Source: Basidiobolus meristosporus CBS 931.73
Taxonomy: Eukaryota > Fungi > Basidiobolomycota
Length of the DNA: 64,000 bases
Direction: 5' to 3'
Assembly: GCA_002104905.1 (NCBI GenBank)
Contig: MCFE01000046.1
Coordinates: forward strand, 133,581 to 197,580
The notes below the pieces were generated by a model. That model did not search any database. It worked only from the letters and a program-made list of their open reading frames with translations, and had not been told where the DNA came from. Positions 53,460 to 61,940 of this stretch are shown piece after piece. Positions within the stretch are counted from its first letter, which is position 1. Every line of letters begins with the position of its first letter. Made by a program: the position numbers and the translations under genes.

Positions 53460-54687
53460 TGTTGTGTTGTATTATGATTAGTTTGGGGCTTGTTCTACAA
53501 TGTAGAGGCTAATCAACAATATACAACAACTTCCAGTATGCTAATACTGCAATAGGTTATTGGGAGTTTGATATACCAATAGAAGATATAACTTTCACTA
53601 ATTTCCTCAATCTTAGGCTCAAAATATACTGTAGGCAGTGTTTATCACTTCTACAGCAGTGTTCTGACCTTGTCTTGACTAATGGGCTTATTTACTTTTA
53701 TAGTAACTTTTCTTTATTTGGAAGTCACTTTCCTTTCTGAGAAAATATTTCCTAATATGGAAATTCTGAACTCCCCTTTAGCCTAAAGGGGTGTGTTGTA
53801 GAAGTCTCTAAAGGGGTCTTTAGACCTAAAGGGGTGTCTAAAGGGGTGTCTTTAGAGTAAAGGGGCTTCTTGTAGTGGTCTCTAAAGTGGACTTTACACT
53901 AAAGGGGTGCCTAAAGGGGCTTCTTTAGAGTAAAGGGGTTTCTTAAAGGGGTCTCTAAAGGGGTCTTTAGACTAAAGGGGTGTCTTTAGAGTAAAGGGGT
54001 TTCTTAGAGGGGACTTTTCCAACAGAAAAGTGGTAGTTTCTTGTAGAACTTAGATTGGATTCTTGTGAGCTTTGCAGTCTCTTTACTGATGTAGTACCAA
54101 TCAAAGTCAGAATACTCAACAGTGCAAGTGATGCAGGGGAAGTCTTATAACCTTTAAACTTGTAATTGTAGTGTGGAGATTCTGGAAAGAGAGGCTCCTT
54201 TATTTTTCAGCTGGGGAAGTCATATATATGAAAATTTTGAAGGATCAAAGTTTTTGGGCGATTGCGCAAGCAATACACATGATACAAAGCTAAAATTTTG
54301 CAGTGGCACAGATCGGACATAGGCGCAGCACCTGTGAAAATTTCACGAGATTTGATTGGCTGGTTCAAAAGTTACACGCGATTAAAGTCACTATAGTAAT
54401 CCTAGCAATAAGGCATAGTATATATAATAGTTGGACTTTTTTGGTCATAACTCCTTAAGTACTGCTTCAAATGAGCTGTAATTTGAAACATGTGTTGGCT
54501 ACTACATGTTCTGTATGACATAATATTCTTGGGTGGATTGCTTGTCATGGTTTGGAGCATTTGCTCATCAAAGTTGGAAATTCATGATTTTTCACTTTTG
54601 TGTTACAATAGCAAAAAGCAAAATAAAGAAATGAGTGCAATATTGGTTTAGAGATATTGTAGTAATGGAATACTTTCCATTACCACA
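53460..54687. mobile_element. 1228-bp solo-LTR-like insertion with 4-bp TSD GATG and an internal repeat array
   Basis: TG...CA termini; GATG at 53456-53459 and 54688-54691; CCAAT, TATA and AATAAA-like signals inside. Confidence 0.75.
53781..54010. repeat. Tandem array of (C)TAAAGGGG / CTTTAG units
   Basis: More than a dozen TAAAGGGG-type units interleaved with the complementary CTTTAG. Confidence 0.85.
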
Positions 54688-56300
54688 GATGATAGTTCTT
54701 CAGTGCTCAAGACACTGTTCAGGGGGAAGGAGGGTTGCAAGAGGTGTAAGAATGATTTGTGAAAAACATTAATGAGGGGAATATGATAAGGATTGATATT
54801 GATCATAAAGGGAGAGTGCTGCCTCAGATATTGCTGCTCAAGGTCTGTCAAGTACTTCAGGTAGGCCAGCTTGAGTTTTTCTGACTGCAGAATATAGTGA
54901 GCAAACTTCTTGACTTCAGGATCTCCAAGTATAGTTCTCCAGCAGGAGCCAGGTGTAGTGTGGTGTGTTCTCTTCCAGGACTTGATCAGTGGGTTACTGC
55001 AGTGGTGAAGTCTGAGATATAATCTGGTTCTAAGGTAGAGTAGTCTGATCTTGTAGGGTAGAAACCCAAAAGCACCAAGAATAGCATGTCTGTAGGGGCA
55101 TTCAGGCAGATGAGGCACCAGGGATGTAATGCACCAGACTGCAAACTTGTCAAGTTTAGTGCAGTCTCTAGAAGTGAGAGAGAGAAGTGGTAAACCAAAT
55201 TCCAGGACAGGGAAGACAAACTGCTTGAGTAGGAGGAGGCAGCTGGGAGCTGAAGCTGTAGGAGGAGTTACAGCCAGTAGCTTGTGGAGTGCTTGTCTTG
55301 CCAGGATAATTCTCTTCTTCAGGTGTGCTCCAGAGACTAGTCCAGTAGGAAGGAAAGGAAAGCAAAGATATGTAGCAGAAGCTTGAGCAGGTAGAGTGCA
55401 GTTGTCTAAGTTGATAGGACAACCCAAAGGTACAGTCTTGGCAATAGAAAGCTGGATATTATTCTTCTCCAGATACTTGTGGATGGACAGGGATTCTTGT
55501 TGCAAGTTGGAGGAGGATATTCTGATGTCATCAGCAAAGAGTGTAACCAAGCAGTCAGCTAAGAGTCCTGGGAAGTCATTCAGGAAGATGGCAAACAGTA
55601 TAGGACCAAGCACAGAGCCTTGAACCACTCCATTAGGAACTGAGAACACTGGTGATTGCCCACTTGGGTGTAGGTGTTATAGTAAGGGCTAGGAAAAGGT
55701 TAGAAGAGCAGGGGGTCTGGGGGACGCAGACCCCTAGAGAATAAAAAAGCAGGGGGTTTGGGGGATGCAATCCCCCATACTGCTTCCATATTCTTTAAAT
55801 TCCTGTTGAATTACTTTTCTCTCATTCTTGGTTCTGGTCCCTTAGGGTTAGAATTCCTCCTCCTAAACCTTATCACCCTAACCATAAATATTTTTACCTT
55901 ACAATAGGCACATTGTCTGCTCATATAGTGGGTATGTCTGGACCAATATTTATCTCCCTATACTGTCCATATGCTCTGTATAATTCTTGATGACTATTTA
56001 ATTAATAAATTGTTACTTTTAATGTATATCTAATAATTAATGGGAATCATCCCAAACTGGCCACAATCCCATATTTTGATAAGCTTTGGGCACCATAAAT
56101 TGTGCAGCCCTAATATGATAAAAAAATTCATGGCCAATACAAATTTTCTGTAGCCTGATTGCTTTTGCCAAATATAAAGTGTATCCCAAAGTTCAATATA
56201 AATTATGGCTATAATAGAAACTTTATTTGACACCATTGCAACTACTGCTTGTGTTCTATGCGCACATGTATCCTGCAGGAATTGTAAAACTTAGCCACGT

Positions 56301-57372
56301 TGTGGTGGTGTATAAGTCCAAGGGAGAGATACGTCCAACACTTCTCAAGTGTTTTGTGTGTGGGGTGTTCACTGGGTGCAATAACCTCTGGCAAAAGCTT
56401 GCTAGGAATACTTGGGTTCTGTCTCTAATCTAATGTGAAGGGGAATAAAGCCACAAGCTTGTCAAGGGAAAACTATTGAGCTACAATCCCCAACTTAGTT
56501 GGCGTCTTAACAAAAGTATGTGCTGGGTTCAGCGTCCTTTGAGATGACAATGTACTAAAGCTTCCAAAGTCAAAACAACTGTAAACTCCACCAGCAGGGA
56601 CTTGATAAGAATGCAGCTTTGGTTTATAGTTACAAAGACAGAAAAGTATCTTTGCCTGTACAAGAACAAACTTGGGAAAGAATCAAATATAATAAAAGAT
56701 ACCTACTCTGAGTATTCCTCACAAGTAGTGCCTCCAAGGTCAGTTGGCTGTCAGCGCGGTTTCCTGGGAGTGTCCTGTGGTCTAGGGTTGGAAGTTCAGG
56801 TAGCAGCAGGTAGCAGTGATCACACTAATCAACAAGTCGGTATATTGATAAAAGGGATGATGATTTATTGTTGAGGGATAGCCTCCCTTATATACTTTTC
56901 TTCACTGGCTAAGTGATTACTAATCATGATGTTCCAGAAGGTTCCGGAGTTCAATAGAAATCTTAATGACATCAGAATGACCTAAGAATGTTCTAAGTAG
57001 GTGCCGGAAGGTTCTAAGAGGCACAGCACATCCAACCAATCAGGAATCAGTATTCTGAAACCTGTGTAACATGGGGATACCATATATGGTATGGAAATGG
57101 TAGGGATGGTGACACGGGTTGATCATGTGTCACAGGTACTGGCGCGGGTACTTGCCTAATATAGAAGCACTTGTAACTAGTAATCTTACATAAAGTGAGG
57201 GGTAACTTATGCAATAAGGTAAGCAGGTGTGATAGTCAACCGGCTTATGGGATAGTACTGATTGGGTAAGACAAATGGGATAAAACTAAAATGAGTGTAG
57301 TAGGGATATAGGGAAGTAGAAAATAAGGGAATGAGCACATCTGTTAGTGGGTGTCACTGTCACCCCACTACA
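56301..57372. mobile_element. Solo LTR, younger copy of 1919-2985, TSD ACGT
   Basis: ACGT at 56297-56300 and 57373-57376; TGTGG...CTACA. Confidence 0.88.
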
Positions 57373-57498
57373 ACGTGGTACAAAAGTGCTTTTATTTTTC
57401 ATCATGATAGTTTTACATGAGTTCCTGTTGCATTTTGAAAGTACACAGTAGCCATACCCCAACAGGTTTTAAGGATGTCCACTAGCTACGTCTACTTG

Positions 57499-58074
57499 TG
57501 TCTAACCAGAGCCATCAATCATCAGCCACGCAATACTGAAATGCTTTTAGGGTTAGGGGAGGAAAGTCACCAAGTGGTGAAATCTTTATTTACTTATGAC
57601 AAGTATCTAAAGAAGCCAAGTTAATCTGAAGTAATTCCTAGAAAGCTAGGTCTGAGAGATATCTTCCTGGTAAGCCAGGACTGAGAGTTGAGAAGCTGAG
57701 TGGTACTATATTTCCTAGTTAGCTAGGTCTGAGAGAGGTTTCCTGGAAAGCCAGGCCTGAGAAGTGAGAATCTGAATATATCTGAGCTAAGTTATACTGG
57801 TTTGCAGTAGCTGAATTGTGGCCGGAATGGCCAGTAGACTGGGGGAACTGAGATGAATTTCTGGGCAATCACTGGCCAAATTTACTAGGCAAATCTGGCC
57901 AATTAGCATTTCAAGGATTTCAGCCAATCAGAGCCTTTACTTTGCCTGATGGTTGATCAAGCCATCTCCCAATGAGCACACATCAATTTATTAATCAAAT
58001 TTTGCTGGATCCAGGATTTGAACCCACCACCATGGGTATGGAAGGGTTAGGGATAACCACAAGGCTAAGTGTTC
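57499..58074 (-). mobile_element. tRNA-derived SINE (~575 bp) with LINE-type 3' tail
   Basis: Minus 5' end GAACACT-TAGCCTTGTGGTTA (A box)...GGGTTCAAATCC (B box); internal ~75-bp direct repeat; tail AAATAAAGATTTCACCACTTGGTGACTTTCCTCCCC fused to TAACCCTAA. Confidence 0.8.
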
Positions 58075-58080
58075 TTAGGG

Positions 58081-59105
58081 GAGGGAAAGTCACCAAGTTG
58101 GTGAAATCTTTATTTGAGTTAAGAACTAATCTAGGTACAAATAAAGAAGCCAATTAAGAGGTCTAGAACCTCTCTAATAAGTAATCTAATTTATGTTTTG
58201 TTTCATCTCTAATGTTTGTTTCAATAAAGTAAAGCTCATCAGGGGTAAACATAAAATTCAGGGGTTTTGGGGGAAGTACCAATTGTAGATGTTTCTGATC
58301 AATATAATCCAAGACTGGAACCCAGCCTGGGATTAGGTGTAGTAGGAAAGGTGTGTGGACTTGTAAGTAGCTCTGCCACATAGATCTTAGATGGTCCTGA
58401 GCCAGTAGTCTTGGTTTTTCAGCTTTTTGAAGTTTTGAAGCAAGCTCTGTTACTACAGCAGAGCCAACTAGGGTGTGCCAGCAAGAAGATTTCAGGGAGG
58501 AGTTAGATTGAAGCCATTGTTTGATGGAGGGGTTATGTGATTTCTGAAGTTTGACTAGGAAGGAAGCACAAAGATAGACCATTTGGATTTGGTATGGGTA
58601 GAAGCCAAAGGCTCCATTAGTTGCATGGATATAGGGAGATACTGGAAGATAAGGTACCAAGGATCTGATACACTGATGGAGAAATTTATCCAGGCGGTGA
58701 AGTTCTCTGGAGGTTAGGGGTATAATGTGGAGACCAAATTCAAGTACCGGCAGTACATACTGCTTCAGAAGTATAGGGATCTTTTGAATTGGAGTGTCTG
58801 GAGTGACTACTACCAGAAGCTTTTTGAGAGCCTGCTGGGCAAGACGGATCCTATTATTCAGGTGGAGCTTTGAGTCAATCCCATGTTGACAAAATGGCAG
58901 ACCTAGATATATTGCAGTTTGTTGTGGCAGAATGCTAGTGTTCTGTATAGTTGTAGTGCATCCAATTGGGACTGTCTTGGAAATTGAGAGTGAGAGGTTG
59001 TTGGCAGCCAAGTACTTCTCAATGATGGCAGTGTCTGCTATGGGATTAGGAGTAGCAATCTTGATATCATCCGCATAGAGAGTTAGTAGTGGATAGGGAG
59101 AGTCT
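58081..59105 (-). mobile_element. 5'-truncated LINE family B (RT C-terminal half, open frame)
   Basis: LTLYADDI...LSISKTVPIG...YLGLPF; homologous to but diverged from family A; same 3' module. Confidence 0.88.
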
Positions 59106-59171
59106 GGGTTAGGGGGGAGACAGTCACCAACAGGTGAAATCTTTATTTCAGTTGAAACAAAGAAGCCAGCG

Positions 59172-61940
59172 CTACTGTTGTAGCTTTGATACAAGAGTGT
59201 GTAGCTGAGGGGAATTTGTAGGTAAGTTAATAAGAAGTGATGATAGTTCTTCAGTGCTCAAGACACTGTTCAGTGGGAAGGGGGGTAGCAAGAGAGGTAA
59301 GAATGACTTGTGAACAACATTAATGAGGGGAATGTGATAAGGATTGATATTCATCATAAAGGGAGTGTGCTGCTGCAGATATTGCTGCCAAAGGTCTGTC
59401 AAGTACTTCAGGTAGGCCAGCTTGGGTTTTTCTGACTGCAGAATATAGTGAGCAAACTTCTTGACTTCAGGATCTCCAAGTATAGTTCTCCAGCAGGAGC
59501 CAGGTGTTGTGTGGTGTGTTCTCTTCCAGGCCTTAATCAGTGGGTTGTTGCAGTTGTGAAGTCTGAGGTATAATCTGGTTCTAAGGTAGAGAAGTCTGAT
59601 CTTATAGGGCATAAACCCAAAAGCACCAAGAATAGCATGTCTGTAGGGGCATTCAGGCAAATGAGGCACCAAGGAGGTAATGCACCATACTGCAAACTTG
59701 TCAAGCTTAGTGCAGTCTCTAGAAGTAAGAGAGAGAAGTGGTAAGCCAAATTCCAGGACAGGGAAGACAAACTGCTTGAGTAGAAGGAGGCAGCTGGGAG
59801 CTGAAGTTGTAGGAGGAGTAACAGCCAGTAGCTTGTGGAGTGCCTGTCTTGCCAGGATAATTCTCTTCTTCAGGTGTGCTCCAGAGTCTAGTCCAGTAGG
59901 AAGGAAAGGAAAGCCAAGATATGTAGCAGAAACCTGAGCAGGTAGAGTGGAGTTCTCCAAGTTGATGGGAGAGCCCAAAGGTACTGTCTTTGCAATGGAA
60001 AGCTGGAGATTATTCTTCTGCAGATACTGGTGGATGGTCTGGGAGTCTTGTTGCACATTGGAGGAGGATATTCTGATGTCATCAGCAAAGAGAGTAACCA
60101 GGCAGTCAGCTGAGAGTCTTGGGAAATCATTCAGGAAGATGGCAAACAGTATAGGACCAAGCACAGAGCCTTGAACCACTCCATTAGGAACTGAGAACAC
60201 AGCTGATTGCTCACTTGGGTGCAGAATTCTTGCTTGTGGATCCAGAAACAGAGACCTGACAAGGAGGGTGAGAGAGGTACTGGAGAAGCATTGCAACTTG
60301 GACCAAAGCAGATTTCTGTCAACTGAATCAAAGGCCTTAGTAATATCAAACAGAACAGAGGGATACTTGCACTGGAGAGAGTGATCTTGGCTAAGTATGA
60401 CTGCATATTCCAAGGAGAGGCCAGGAACAAAGCCAAACTGTGCAGGATGAAACTTGAGGGAGTCAGAGTAGAGCTCCTGAGCAAGCAGAAGCTCAAACAC
60501 CTTTCTGCAGGTGGGCAGCAGAGATATTGGCCTGTAGGAGCTAGGATCCAGGTGCTTTCCTTTACCCTTGTACAGTGGCAGAACATTTGCAAAGGACCAT
60601 TCCTCAGGAGTAGAAAGCTGGGCTGAGCATTGCTGAAACAGTGGAAGCAGAAGTGCAGACATGGCCTTGGTACTAGTCTTCAGAAGCTCATAGGAGATTG
60701 TGTCCACACCTGGAGCAGTAGAGTTGGGAAGCCTCTTGAGCACATTATGGATTCTCCTTTGATCAAGTGCAAGTGGGATGGGCAGAGTCTTGAAGTCAGG
60801 ATGAAAGCCAGGAGTTGAGTACTGCTGTGTAGAGAAGAAGATGTTAGCCAGCTGTTCTGTTGAAGGTAACTTCCTGGAAGAGGGCCTCATTGCCCTGTAG
60901 AGTCTTGATACTGTTCTTGTTATAGAGTTGGAAGATTGCAGAGGCAAGGAACTCATAATATGATCCCAGAGCTGAGTATGCAGAGTGTGGTGAATTGCCT
61001 TGGAGTGGTGTATTGCTGTCAGGAGGAGTTTCTCTGTTTTTGGGTTAGGGAAACTCAGGTAGCTTTGTTGCAGGGCTGAAACAATGGATTCCCATTTTCT
61101 TGAGGTAACAGCAGTAGTCTTGCATGGCAGTGAGAGGGAGGCAGACACCAGAATCAGATGCTTCACAAAGAGCCAGGCATAGTTGAGATCATCTGGCAGA
61201 GAAAGTAGCAAACTGGCAAGCTTCAAGTAGTTCCCAAAGTCTTTCTTCTGATTCTTGGTAGCTTTGTGGGTGAGAACAGTAAGTTTTGGCAGCTTCTTCT
61301 TCACAACTGGTTGCATAGAAAGGGACCAGGCTGGATGGTCAGAGGCTCTCAAGGATCCTAGCTCAGCTCCAGAGAATTGCTTAACTTCATTCACAAAGTA
61401 GAGGGCAGCAGCAGAAGGGCAGATCCAGTCAACACATCTTTTCTCAGATTGAGCACCTAGTGCTAGCAGGTGGCTTCCTCTCAGGAAGTTCAGTAGGAAT
61501 GTAGACCTTGGCTTCATTCTTGCAGTCAGAGTAGTCTTGTTCTCAGGATGGGGAATGTTGAGATCTCCAAGCAAGATAACAGGTGTTGATATAGATTGTT
61601 GGTATTGCTGAACCTTCTGGCATATAACTTGCACTTCTTGAAGGGCAAGACTTGGAGGCAGATAGCAGAGCACCAGACTGATAGTTGGCAACTGGAGAGC
61701 AGCACAGTAAGGGGAGTAAAGAGGAACACAGAGCTGAGGAGTATTGATGGTAGAAGAGATGAAGCAGATAGAGGAGGTATTCTTTGTTCTAGGAGTAGAA
61801 AAGCAATATAGATTAGTCAAAAGTATAGAGGGTAGCTGGACATCAATCAAACACAGGAGGGAAAATCTTGAAAGAAGTCTTTCTAGAGTTGGTCTTGATG
61901 GCTGTATGCTGTTGCAGTTAAGCAACAGAACTTCAGGTAG
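59172..61940 (-). CDS. LINE ORF2: AP endonuclease plus reverse transcriptase; no ATG before the EN core
   Basis: EN LNCN, CYLPP, GDLN, VDWI, SDH; RT APGVD, YRPISLL, QFGF, DITKAFDSV, GVVQGSVLGP, FADD; no RNase H or CCHC seen. Confidence 0.95.
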   Translation of the reverse strand, partial: LPEVLLLNCNSIQPSRPTLERLLSRFSLLCLIDVQLPSILLTNLYCFSTPRTKNTSSICFISSTINTPQLCVPLYSPYCAALQLPTISLVLCYLPPSLALQEVQVICQKVQQYQQSISTPVILLGDLNIPHPENKTTLTARMKPRSTFLLNFLRGSHLLALGAQSEKRCVDWICPSAAALYFVNEVKQFSGAELGSLRASDHPAWSLSMQPVVKKKLPKLTVLTHKATKNQKKDFGNYLKLASLLLSLPDDLNYAWLFVKHLILVSASLSLPCKTTAVTSRKWESIVSALQQSYLSFPNPKTEKLLLTAIHHSKAIHHTLHTQLWDHIMSSLPLQSSNSITRTVSRLYRAMRPSSRKLPSTEQLANIFFSTQQYSTPGFHPDFKTLPIPLALDQRRIHNVLKRLPNSTAPGVDTISYELLKTSTKAMSALLLPLFQQCSAQLSTPEEWSFANVLPLYKGKGKHLDPSSYRPISLLPTCRKVFELLLAQELYSDSLKFHPAQFGFVPGLSLEYAVILSQDHSLQCKYPSVLFDITKAFDSVDRNLLWSKLQCFSSTSLTLLVRSLFLDPQARILHPSEQSAVFSVPNGVVQGSVLGPILFAIFLNDFPRLSADCLVTLFADDIRISSSNVQQDSQTIHQYLQKNNLQLSIAKTVPLGSPINLENSTLPAQVSATYLGFPFLPTGLDSGAHLKKRIILARQALHKLLAVTPPTTSAPSCLLLLKQFVFPVLEFGLPLLSLTSRDCTKLDKFAVWCITSLVPHLPECPYRHAILGAFGFMPYKIRLLYLRTRLYLRLHNCNNPLIKAWKRTHHTTPGSCWRTILGDPEVKKFAHYILQSEKPKLAYLKYLTDLWQQYLQQHTPFMMNINPYHIPLINVVHKSFLPLLLPPFPLNSVLSTEELSSLLINLPTNSPQLHTLVSKLQQ

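Larger units (their letters stand above)
53335..55670 (-). mobile_element. 5'-truncated LINE family A copy (53335-53459 plus 54688-55670), split by a solo LTR
   Basis: The RT C-terminal half is closely similar to 59220-60210; the halves rejoin at GAAGT-GATG-ATAG. Confidence 0.88.

Noticed and set aside
53781-54010. CRISPR-like array
   Set aside because: Eukaryotic context, no unique spacers, and it lies within an LTR.
58005-58074. Functional tRNA gene
   Set aside because: Acceptor and anticodon stems do not pair; treated as a SINE head instead.
59172-61925. Penelope-like or telomerase RT identity for the telomeric element
   Set aside because: An N-terminal APE domain and LINE-type RT motifs (YRPISLL, QGSVLGP, FADD) indicate an APE-type LINE.
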